Below, piece by piece: positions 1 through 10,548 of a stretch of 64,000 nt of DNA. Source of the DNA: Harriotta raleighana (Eukaryota); contig JBNZDD010013724.1 of the NCBI GenBank assembly GCA_050575255.1, forward strand, positions 7,857,146-7,921,145, read 5' to 3'. Made by a program: the position numbers and the translations under genes. Position 1 is the first letter of the stretch, and the number at the start of each line of letters is the position of its first letter. Below the pieces are notes generated by a model, which ran no database searches, was not told where the DNA came from, and saw nothing but the letters and a program-made list of their open reading frames with translations.

Positions 1-2189
1 ACTAACTAACTCCGTATAAAACATTGCTAAAGTAGCTCAATGTTACTAGGTTTAGTGCAGATCTAATATATTGAGAATTAGAGCTACAGCCTTGGCCGGT
101 CAACACTCCCTCCTCTCTTCCAGATACTTATCATTAGTTTACCTTCCCACAAGAGAATGAGAACATTCAGTGGATTTTCACAACACTTATCTGGAATGAA
201 TGTAAACCAGACCAGGGTTACCAGCAATCTTGTCACCCCCCTCTACCGCCCCCCAGTCTTTCCACGTCCTCTCTGATCCCTCACATAACATAGTGGCTTC
301 TGCCTCTGCACAATCTATTTGTGTAGGATTTATCTAGAAATAACAGTGGTTCACTCACAACACCCAGATACGATGAAAGAAGGAAAAACACTGGACTCAA
401 GCTTAGATTACAGCACTACAAAAGGATTCCAACAATGCAGACGTATTCTCTGTTTATTAAGAAAGCAAGTCAAATCAAATTCATATGTTTCTTTCCTCTA
501 TATAATCACCAATCCTCCTCTTATCCATCTGCAATCGGCCACAATTGTTCCGGAACACAACGAGAACGCGGACAGAAATTTGCATGACTTTGATCAAAGC
601 ATACGGAGAGGAAAACCAAATCCTTCCCTTGTCATGCCTCATTAGTAATGTAACTCCTTCCATTCAAAGGTTCACACACTTTCCTCAAAAATTCCAAACT
701 TACTAAAACAAACAGAGCCCGTTAAAGTCAGATCTAATTCATTCCAGGTGAGCTGATCACATCAAGTGTCCTTAGCTGAGATACCCATGCTGGTCTTGTT
801 AATGACACACATAATCTTATATTCTCGTCTCTCCCTTTCTATTAGATGCTGCCCCGCTTAATGTACTAAGCTTAGTTTGCTACCCAGAAGTTTAGTATCA
901 GGTCTCATAAAAACCACTAGAAGATGTATGTGTGCAAAAGTGATCCAGATTGACACTTCCTGCAAAAACGAACAAAGCTGGCACAAAACCGGTTACTTTT
1001 TTTGACTGTGCTTTTGGTAATCTTCCTTCTCTCCTATTCTAGGGTCCCATATCCCTACTACCTGCCCCATCCATCCCACAACTCAGGCTCCCAGTCAAAT
1101 GCTTTTACAAGTTCTCCTGACATGAAAACATGAAAGGCAATGTATAAATGCAAAATGTTGTTCTTGTTTTCCCATGTCATTCTGATCACGGCAGAGCTAT
1201 TCATAATTAAGCATTATTCTGCTCAACTAGTAAATCCCCACATTACAGAGAGTAATGGCAGCAATTTATCTCTGAAAGTTCCATGTGTGGGTGCGACGCA
1301 TAGGTTTCCCAGCTTGGTTTGGATACTGTTAAGCATGGTGATAGGTTTCCCAGATACCCAGCGGACCAAACCCCTCCTCCCCAAAAAAACTTGCAGGGAA
1401 TAATGACAGGACATGGCAGATTATTGGGAGATAAACTATTCAGATGCGATGGTCAATGCATTGCCATAGCACTCGTCAGCTCTCAGAGGAGTGAATCAGC
1501 TTGTGATGAACTCGCATTTCTCGCCACTTCCTGTATGTCTCACACCCAGCTGCAACTCTCCCTTTACACCAATTATATGGCAAAGAAGTTGGAGACATGT
1601 TATGTGAAAAGTGAGACATGTGAAACATCGGCCTTCAGGCACTGTCTCGGAGTGAGTTATCTCAACTCATTCCCGTTGATATATTTTCCATTACAGGTTT
1701 CCCCGTTGCTGCACAAACATTGAGGATTGAGCAAAGCAGTGTGGGCCAAGAATACAAGGCAAGACAGGCCCACACAAGACCAGAGAACAAATAGGAAAGA
1801 AACAGGAAGTGAAGTGAATAATAGACTAACAGAAGTGGACTGGGCGGGGGCCGGGCAATGGGGTGAGGACGCAGTTAAGTATATCCATTAACACAGAAAC
1901 TGTAAACAAGGTCCAGACAATGAACACAAAACACTATCCTTGTGATACACAACAGACACTGGGGAGTGGTGGGTTAATGAAAATTGACAGTGATATCAGG
2001 CAAATAGTGTATATTTTCACAAATCTCTTTCCCTACTCATTGGGGTGGAGTATTCTGTTGCAGATGTTACCGCAAATCCAGAGACTAAATTAGTCAGTTT
2101 ACATGAATTTCCATAGAAACAGATTTAGAAACAAATATTAGTGCCAGAAGCAATGGACAGGTTAACCACTGGCTGTAGGGTATAATCCT

Positions 2190-2412
2190 GGGGAGTGCTA
2201 CAATGTCAGAAGAGGAATTATATCAAGGTTCTGCCTGTTCGGGTGCGAATTAAACATTCCATGACGCGATATGAAAAGAGAAGGGAGTTTCTCATAGTGT
2301 TTTGCCCAATGATCCTCCAAATTAATTAATTATGTACATGCAAATCCCTGACTGTCCAGCTCCTTGGGAAGTTCTCCCGGTTTGAAAGGCACTACGCAAA
2401 TGTAATTTGTTA
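2190..2412 (+). mobile_element. Decayed Deu-domain SINE (SacSINE1/AmnSINE1-like) remnant
   Basis: gggagtgctacaatgtcaga...aagggagtttctc...tgaaaggcactacgcaaatgtaa resembles the Deu core plus an L2-type tail. Confidence 0.5.
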
Positions 2413-2929
2413 TCAATGCTATTGATGCATCATTGTCGATAGAAATGGTTACTGAAATACAGTCATTTTCAAATTCTAATCTTCCAATCTTTGGAATTCC
2501 TTCCCTCTCCCTTGTCCCTGATCTAACTTTGTTTAAGTTCAATCTTAAAATCTTTCACCATGCCTAAGGTGACTTTACCTTCTCGTCGCCCACACCTGTT
2601 TGGTGTTCAACCCTGTACAGTGCTATAAAGCATTATCCTATGTGAAGGCAAGCTTGATAGAAATGAGCTGTGAAATGAAATGGGAAGACGTTTTAGCATG
2701 CAAGCTGTTTCTTTACTCTGGGCAGATTCATGAAGCCCATTTAGGACACAAAGCGAAATAGTGTCAAAGTGAACACATCTCCCTCCTGAAGACTCTGGAT
2801 CGTGCTGAGAATACACTCTTAATCTGTGCGCAACAAATGCTCTCGTCTACTTTATCCAAGTAGCTGCTCTCCAGACAGTAAAATCTCGGAACAGTACAAC
2901 CCTCAGAGTCAGGTGATAGAAAAATAATG

Positions 2930-3188
2930 ATAAGAATCCTTGCACTTGATTTAGCATCTGATCACATAGTTGAGGCAAATCAAAGCGTCTCACAAAATAC
3001 ACTGTAAAGTGAATTGACTGTATAATTGGTGAGCGAAGTGTGGAAGTCAATTTCACACAGCAGTGTCCCACAAACGGTCGTGGATTGAGTGAACACATTT
3101 TTGAAAAAGGTTTAGTCCTGCCCAGGAATCAAACTCGTGTCCTCTCCCGGGTGAGGCAAATTCTCTAACCAATACGCTACAAGACTCC
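2930..3188 (-). mobile_element. Short tRNA-derived SINE with Deu-like 3' part and L2-type tail, full length
   Basis: Minus strand has an A box (tagcgtattgg), a B box (gagtttgattcc), tttgtgggacactgctgtg and an L2 tail. Same family as the copies at 36.4k, 41.3k and 51.7k. Confidence 0.85.
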
Positions 3189-3339
3189 ATGAACAAAAAT
3201 CTTTTAAAATTTTAATTCCCACCATAAATGAGGGAAAGGGAATAGAAGGGGAGTGAGGAAAGGAATTTAAAAAGGATGGCATCCTACTTGGAGGCTTACA
3301 AACACTGGCATTGGGTAGTTCGTCTGATTTATCAATTAC

Positions 3340-3411
3340 AAGCTGAAGCGCTCTGAGACGCCATCCGGCGTGGAGGGCAATATATAAATTGATGTTGTTG
3401 TTGTTGTTGTA
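3340..3411 (+). mobile_element. L2/SINE 3' tail with (TTG)n end
   Basis: tgaagcgctctgagacgccatccggcgtggagggcaatatataaat followed by (gtt)n. Close to 51410-51483 and to the reverse complement of 50330-50388. Confidence 0.8.
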
Positions 3412-3829
3412 GCAGTCTATGTCTATGTAAATACGTGAATTTCTTAAAGGTATTGAATGAATCCTTTTTGAATTTTGTGAAGCTTTTTAAAGAAAAAAAT
3501 GTATCCTAGGCCTGCTTTTCTACTATTCCATAAAACATAGCAGGTCCAAACTTCAACCGTTTCACCTCTTTAATCTAAGACTCCCATAAGAGAGATTAAG
3601 CTGAGTGTCAGTTTTATAACCGTGTCCCATCAGCATCTGTACACTTCACACTGCAAGCTAACAACTTGTTCACGTTTTCCCAGCTGCTCCGCACAGTAAA
3701 TGGCAAAAGCATGTGCAAGCAAGCTGAAGACAGACTGTTAAAAGGCAACTGGGGATTTATCCCAGCTTCTGGGCTGAAAGTGTTTCTAAAGATTCCTGAC
3801 ACACAGGTAAAATCTCGTTATGGTGAAAC

Positions 3830-4205
3830 ATCTACAGGATCATGGGAGACAAGAGAGGAAGAACTGACTGATACCAGAGGAGCGTTCCAGGCTTGGAAAT
3901 ACAATGGTATTGTGACTGCACAACATAGTGTGAATGAAAATGAGAAACACAGAGATAAAGAGGAGATTGACAATGGACCTGAGAATGACAAATATTCAGG
4001 AGATAGAGTAGGTAAATAATGGTAGACGATATGGGGAGCTGAGTAGAGATGCTAGAATGAATAACACAGAGGTACATGAGGGTGAGATATACATTATGCT
4101 GTAGCAGGTACATGAAGATGAGAGATACAATATGGAAGTTTGGAACATTAAAGCCTCCCTTGGTATCAAGCCTATTAAGGAAGAGATAACTAAAGAAACC
4201 CATCC
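3830..4205 (-). mobile_element. Highly decayed L2 reverse-transcriptase fragment
   Basis: Purine-rich plus strand like the other L2 copies. Minus-strand FFSYLFLNR resembles the L2 RT motif WFSSYLSxR. Confidence 0.4.
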
Positions 4206-6161
4206 ATAGCTGAATGAATCACTGTTCTGAGATTTTGCCTCTGGTTGGAACTCACTTCAACCTTGCTACTTGTAGAAGGTCAGTCATCAAAGAGAGGGGA
4301 AGTGGAAGATAAGGTGGGGGCGGTGGGGAGATCACTTTACTCCCCAAAGACAATGTATTATCTGCTGGCAAAATCCACCTGCTTTCTTGGTAGTGAGGCT
4401 TAGTCACTTCAGCATCTACACCACTCCATCCATTTCCACACACTCTTCAGTGACTATTAATACCAGCAGGCGAAGCTACCCGTCCAGTGAGGGACCAGCC
4501 ATCTAAGTGAGGGCTTTTAGTTTCCCTCTGATTGTTTGTTTATTCTTGGCTCTGGTATATCAAAGGGAGGATACTATTAAACTCATCTATCACATTCGCC
4601 TAATCCCAGAATCTCCTCCCACTTTCCTTTGAAGATCTCACTCTCAGAGGCCCTACTAGCATGGCTTGATGGACTCATCACAATATTTTGCATTCTGGCT
4701 TGGTTTCTCTCTCCCATTCATTTCTTGTAATTGAACTGTTTGCACTCTTCAAACTGTGGTTTAGAAAGGCATGGGGACAAATCATGAAACACAGACAAAT
4801 AGACTTACCCCACAAGAGAAATTGAATGCCCAAAGCAGGAAACACTCTCCTTCCTAATGATTCCTCCACAGATATACCAAACTCATAATTGGAACTTAAT
4901 TTCATTGTGGCACCAAAGAATTGGAGCTTGTGCGCAGTTCACTATAGTAGTGAGGAGCAGGATTTATACGCATTTGACTCAGGTTAGCCTTGCAAGCCTT
5001 AAAAGGTGTTACTAGATGGCCAAACAGCAGAAAGCTTGCAAAACAGTGCTCTCTATCCCACATTATGTGTTTTCAGCTGATTAAACTGCAGCTGTATCCC
5101 AACACACACTTCGGGGTCTTCTAGCCTCTTGCTAATCTGTGCCTAATAGTCTCCTGGATTAGGTTGGCAAACTGCATACCTCCAGAAAGAAGGTGTGCAC
5201 TCCTTTCCCGATACAGGGAAGTTTCCATGTGTAGGTGACATGGATGGAACTCTCAGCCTGATATAGATACTCGTAAGTATGGTGATGGATTTTACACGGG
5301 TCAGGTACTTAGGCTGACCAAAAAGGGTGAGTGGAGCAAGACTGCTCATTTGTATTTGAGTGTGCTGCCAATTCAAATCAGTGGTGTAAAATTGTGAGAA
5401 AAATTGGTATGTAAAATGTGATAATTATCACTGGCAATGATTGTTATAACCTTGCTAAACACAGTCGAGAAAATCAACAATTAAAAGCTGCCTCACTGGC
5501 GGGCAATCCCTCCCCTTTCCTGTCTTCTTGACAAATGTCCCTTTCCTGTCTTCATGACAATGTTTGAGTGTGACATCTCCTTTGACCACTATTAGATTTA
5601 GTGTTTATTGATCTTATTCATACTTGAATGCCAGTTGCTTACAAAATGTAGTCACTACACCTTCCAGTAAATCCTGCAAATCTCTTTAATACATCCTTCT
5701 GACTGGTACTATTTCAAATGCCAAGATTATTATTATAATTTGAGGAATAACAATTTACCTCTGATTTTGGGGGTTGAGTTTAAGGCAGTTGGCAAAACAC
5801 GGGGAGGTCACGAACGATGATATAACCGAATACCGCACATTAATCAAGTGCTCACATATTTGTAAACAATAACTGTTGTATTCAGCTGGAAAAAACCTAT
5901 TCTGTTCAGGAACAAATTGAAACTTTCATGAGTGCAGTTTGTGATTGAGTTTACTAGATCCAAGATAATCTCTTTGGCACAAAAATGCGAATCCTCTTCC
6001 CAACCGATGCTTTCTATCTCGACTGTGTAGCTGGTCTGAATCTTTTGAGTTCCTGAGCTCGGCTCAATGGGGCAGAGGGCATCTGCCAAGGAATTACAAA
6101 GTGAGCACACCAGATGTTGCATGCACAACACATGACAAGAGTAAGGAAGCATAGGGCTTAC

Positions 6162-6306
6162 ATTTCAGTGATCGTCTCCGGGAGATTGATGGGTATCTCG
6201 GTGAGACCTTTGCCACGACAATCCACAATACTGTTGCTGCACGTGCAGACGGCAGGACAAGACTTCGAATGGACGCTGCACGATTGTGTGAGGGAGCTCT
6301 GGTGGC
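6162..6306 (-). CDS. SLIT2: SLIT2 coding exon (exon 9 equivalent), linker plus LRRNT of D2: (G)[47 protein letters not shown](I)
   Basis: 145-nt phase 1-2 exon with cag| and |gtaagc. The LRRNT motif [33 protein letters not shown] matches SLIT2. Confidence 0.97.
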
Positions 6307-6539
6307 CTGCAGCAGGGGAAACACATTACAGGCTTTACATTTGATCATTCGAGATTCTCAGGGATCTGGCTCCCTTGCTCACGCTGGATATTGTAAAACT
6401 CACACAACTCTTTTCTAAGCAATCTACCTTTCATGTGAATTGCATCAATAAACAACCATAAATATACACCGAATGCTAATCGCAGTGAACAGACAAGTTC
6501 CATAACAGTGAGATAAAATCTGGGTTCTGTTTTGCTCAC

Positions 6540-6563
6540 CACTTCCTTTCATTTTCTTTTCCA
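6540..6563 (-). CDS. SLIT2: Weak candidate 24-nt SLIT2 cassette exon (adds VEKKMKGS)
   Basis: Sense strand reads tctaat...catattccag|TGGAAAAGAAAATGAAAGGAAGTG|gtgagc. In frame, purine-rich and without a stop, but the pyrimidine tract is mediocre. Confidence 0.22.
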
Positions 6564-6989
6564 CTGGAATATGATTCACAGGTACAGGGGGCCCCATTAG
6601 ACTTTGTCCTTATTGAACATGAATACACTGATAACTCATGTCCACTGTTGACCCAGGGGTATTTAAAGGGCTTCCCTTGTTAAAAATACAGCCCGTCTGA
6701 GTTATTAGGTTGCCACTTCTTGCATATTTACATTATGCGCAAAAAGCACTTTGCAAAGGAGGTGATATCTAATGCATAGTGCACGGGCTGGATGTGATGT
6801 CAGCGATGGGTTCATGAACCGACGGTTATTTGTCAGCACTCCATTTCACCACTAATGGACCTATACCATTATGTTATAACGGGCTGCCCCAAAATTTATC
6901 TGCGTTGCTATTCAATCAAAATCAAAATCTATTGTTCATACATGAACCGTTGAAAGTTATTTGAACGTGGGGGGGGAGAGAATCACAAC

Positions 6990-7192
6990 AGCTAATGTTG
7001 TCCCATCCCCAAACCTATTTCCAGAAGGGGTCCCTGAATAAATTCTGAATGATTTTCCCTGCGATGCTGAAGTCAAATGAAGCACCTTCAATTTGGCCCT
7101 AGCAAAGATCAGCTAACTCAGCACAGTCCAGGAATCAAATCTAAGCCACCGTGGTCCGTATGGTTCCCCTACAATTACCGAACCAGAGGAAG
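6990..7192 (-). mobile_element. tRNA-derived SINE family B, 5' part (tentatively AmnSINE2-like)
   Basis: gatcagctaactcagcacagtccaggaatcaaatc is shared with the copies at 17.2k, 27.2k, 33.4k and 61.0k. Confidence 0.65.
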
Positions 7193-7934
7193 AAGCTTCA
7201 TTTCAGAAGAAAATTATGACTTCTATTCAAATTGAAATTAGGTGGAAGAGGAAGAAGGAGATTGCTTTATCCCCAGCGTTTAATACTAAGTTGTAAAAGC
7301 CTCAAGGGATGTACTTGGAACTTTAAATCTGTCGTTTACACAAATGAGTTCAAGTACTAACACAGCTACATTTCCTGCGTGCAATGTGGGTCATATAGAA
7401 CAAAACATTAGAATCAGCACCTGAGATCATCCAACTAAACAGATGATACTGTATCACACACATAAACCCAGCAGACTGAATTGACAAAGGGGATTGAATG
7501 ACTTTCTCTTGAACACTACTTCATTCAAATTAAAAATTCACTCTGGTTAAATGGATGCAGCATTTTTTTGTGTGTATATTTCATCCACATGACTAGTAAC
7601 CATAACAGCATGTCTTCCCAGTCTGTCAAGGACAAAAGCTTGCTGTCAAGTCCAGAAAATGGTATTCTGAGAGAAATAGAACCTAGCCATAAAAATAGTG
7701 TGTGCATATCCCAGTATGACTGGTGTCTGACAAGTTGTAGTAATGCCCTAACAAGTATTATTGACATGTCTGTTCTCTCCCTGCATGACTGTGTGAGAAG
7801 AGTGGATCTAAATTATGGGGTGATTAACAATATAAAATATGATATATGGGCAAAATATGAAATTTCTCTGTACGTCATCTCAAGAATAACTACTGTACAT
7901 GAACCCACACAAAAGATGGTTTAATGAGTAAAAA

Positions 7935-8382
7935 CACCGCCCGGTAAAGCACTAAAACAATCCGGGTTCTAATCCCATCTAATCTAAATGATCTGATCAC
8001 AGATAAGAAAGTATTTGAGCGTGCTACAAATGACTTTGACATTCTTGAGTTAGGGAGGTAAAAATTAGACAGGCATTCATTCTTCTTCTGATCTAGATTC
8101 TACTAGTGATTGCATGTATGCGAATGTCAGGTGAAAGCAGGATTAGATTTGGCTGCGATATCTTCTGTAATACTAACACTCCCTGTCAAGGTTCGCACAT
8201 GAATATAACAAAAAAATTACACTTGTACAGCATCTTTCACATCCGGAGGATGTCCCAAGGTGCTAAACAGTCATTGTTTTAGTGGAAATTTGGGAAAGAT
8301 ATGATTGGCCACCTATGGAACCACAACCCAAGAGAAGGAAAGAAGAAGCCAAAATACTTTCAGAAGAGGAGGGGAGAAAAAT
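7935..8382 (+). mobile_element. SINE family B, near full length, with a nested inverted L2 tail at about 8206-8275
   Basis: Carries the family motifs tagggaggtaaaaattagacagg, caggattagatttggctgcgat and ttcagaagaggaggggagaaaa. Interrupted by acttgtacagcatctttcacatccggaggatgtcccaaggtgct. Confidence 0.7.
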
Positions 8383-8856
8383 TGATGCAAATAGAAAATA
8401 TATATATATTTTTTAAAAACACAAGCAAATTGGAATCACACAATAACATTTAGCTAAGTTATCTTTAAAACTGCTCGAAGATCAAAGCGCACTTTTAGCT
8501 GTCCACAGAAATGCAAGGGGTCTAGAACAGTCTGTATAAATGCGAGGATAATTTACAACCTTTCAAATATTGGGAAGCACAATGGGCAACTCTGAGTGAA
8601 TCAGAAGAAAGAAGATCAACTCTTTCAAGTCATGTGCTAAACCTAAGAGCTTTGCTCTTGTGCTCTGGGACATCCAACAGCGGGCTGAAATTCTGATCGG
8701 TGCTATGTGTAGCACCTTTGTTGATGCACAAGTGTAATGTGGAAATCCGATCCAAATCCAACATTGTCAAGTACACGTTGGCTCCAACATTCTCCAACAA
8801 ATCCAGCACCAACACACTTTACAGTAGATCTTATAAATTGCTTTGAGATATTTCAA

Positions 8857-8966
8857 TTCTGGTTGATGTTTTATATCATAGCATTCTAATCATACATATA
8901 CATAAATACAAAACTTCCCTGCATTTAATATGATTATAATGCTTCGATATAAAACATCAACCAGAA
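8857..8966. repeat. Inverted repeat: 38-bp arms (8857-8894 and 8929-8966), 35/38 complementary, 34-nt loop
   Basis: TTCTGGTTGATGTTTTATATCATAGCATTCTAATCATA ... TATGATTATAATGCTTCGATATAAAACATCAACCAGAA. Confidence 0.92.
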
Positions 8967-9273
8967 GTTTAGCCCTTATGATTCTTCAATTAAAATACTT
9001 GCTCTCAATTCACTGAGGAGTACCTATTATCAACTTCTGGGCAGAAGCCCCATGCCTTCTACATGGTGATGGATGAGGGTGTTAAACAGCGACAAGTAAA
9101 GTAAACGCAATTGTTCAAAGCCAGTTTGTACAAGCGGGGGTGCCAATGTGATCCAGGTATATTCTAAAAAGCTTTACAATCTGTCGAATGTTGCATACTC
9201 CTGCATAGCAAAGAGTGGACCCATGAACACATCTTACGCAACGTACAGAATACAAAACAGAAATAAGACTTGC

Positions 9274-9285
9274 CTTCATCCTCAT
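9274..9285 (-). CDS. SLIT2: SLIT2 alternative 12-nt microexon ATGAGGATGAAG encoding DEDE in the D1-D2 linker; GC-type donor
   Basis: Sense strand reads cactaat (branch point), then gttttcttttctctctcccgctttccag|ATGAGGATGAAG|gcaagt. Phase 1-1 and in frame. Corresponds to the known mammalian S->SDEEE isoform insert. Confidence 0.88.
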
Positions 9286-9468
9286 CTGGAAAGCGGGAGA
9301 GAGAAAAGAAAACACAATGAGATTAGTGCCATGCAAGTACCTTCCGCAGACTGCAGGCAAAGGCGTGTAGTTAACATTCCAAGCAATCGGTTACGGGTTT
9401 CCTTAGACAGTAAGAAAAGCAGTACAAAAGTAAAGCAATATAAACACAAAGACTTGCCTCATACTTAC

Positions 9469-9474
9469 CAAAAC
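9469..9474 (-). CDS. SLIT2: Candidate 6-nt SLIT2 microexon GTTTTG (adds GF)
   Basis: Sense strand reads catcttttcccctcag|GTTTTG|gtaagt. Frame-preserving, 183 nt upstream of the DEDE microexon. No transcript evidence available. Confidence 0.45.
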
Positions 9475-10384
9475 CTGAGGGGAAAAGATGTCTAAGAGCA
9501 ATTTGCTAGTCAACCGCAGTAATGAAAAGCAAGCACACCGGGACTACCAACAAGCAGGTCATGGAGCAACCTTTCACTATCCGATGCCTGAATAAATATA
9601 CACTTTGGCAAGATCGAGACACAATCTCAGCAAAATCACATTCTATGCATGCCGTGAAGGGCCACCTTACGAGAGGAATTGCAAATCTAAAGTGTTATGT
9701 TTTGATTTGTTAGCAAGATTAAAATAAAAAACAAGACATTTTAATTTACGGAGGTGGTTCTATTCTCCGGAGATGTGATAGAATCAGTGGTATGGGTCCA
9801 CTTTGAAGACCAAAAGAAACAGCAAGCTTAGAACCAACACAAAATTATAGTTACAGAGGTAACGCTGTGATGTTCGGTCCAATATCTCTGGGATCACCAA
9901 GAGAAGTAACGGTGAACAAACCACAGCAACTATTAAAGCATCCATCCTACAGTTTTATTGAGATCAAAATAGGAGGAAGTAAGCTTAGACAGTCAAGCAA
10001 GATGTTAATTTAGAAATGTTCTAAGAAAACGGGTATCATACAGCAACATAAGTCAAGAATAAGCATTAATAAAAAAACACATGTAGAACCGAGTGGTCAT
10101 ATTCAAATAAGTGTATATTTGTATATTTATACATTTCAAATCTACACTGAAAAATTCAACTAATGTTAAACACTGATACATTAGTAATACAAACCCCAAT
10201 CCTCAGTGATTCTTTCTATAAACGCTGCTGTGTGCTTCTGCCTCACACCTGTCCCATACAGACTTAAATGAAAATATAATAAAAGTGGCTTTTTACAGAT
10301 TCGAAAAGAAGCAGGTTAGCACGGCACGAGTGCCTCGGGCAACTAATTTCTCTTAGTTTTAACATAGTTCTTTCTCACTCTTAC

Positions 10385-10548
10385 CGGAGCAAATGAACTC
10401 CCTCTTTTGCACCTCAGCAACGTTATGACCTCTCAGGTGTCCCGGTCCAATGCACTGTGTGTACAGCCCGACTCGCGGACGCTGCCGCAGCCAATCAGAG
10501 AGCCAGGCCAAGTGGCAATCGCAGTACAGGTTATTTGAATGGAGCCGG
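10385..10548 (-). CDS. SLIT2: SLIT2 coding exon (exon 8 equivalent), LRR C-terminal cap of D1: (F)[54 protein letters not shown](G/D)
   Basis: 164-nt phase 2-1 exon with a long pyrimidine tract, cag| and |gtaaga. Contains the LRRCT motif CDCHLAWL. The residues [10 protein letters not shown] and [15 protein letters not shown] point to SLIT2 rather than SLIT1 or SLIT3. Confidence 0.98.

Larger units (their letters stand above)
1..6161 (-). other. SLIT2: 5' part of SLIT2 intron 9; the next exon (RLEQNxIKVIPPGAF...) lies outside the window
   Basis: Searched by eye for the expected 72-nt exon and did not find it in 1-6161. Confidence 0.75.

Noticed and set aside
2607-3796. Two minus-strand open segments with plausible AG/GT that join in frame (GIFRNTFSPE...DGTR / LRVYSQHDP...VQG*)
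   Set aside because: They show no LRR or other recognisable similarity, the donor is weak (gttata), and the frame does not continue from exon 9 (phase 2). Treated as chance.
5513-5563. Two-copy tandem duplication of about 26 bp
   Set aside because: An ordinary slippage duplication with no array structure.
9238-9285. In-frame 48-nt extension of the DEDE exon to a GT donor
   Set aside because: The donor context is poor (TGC|gtaaga) and the added peptide is derived from T-rich intron sequence. The GC donor matches the known isoform length.
10480-10545. CCAAT-box and CpG-rich stretch resembling a promoter on the plus strand
   Set aside because: It is the antisense of SLIT2 exon 8 coding sequence (SDWLRQRPR).
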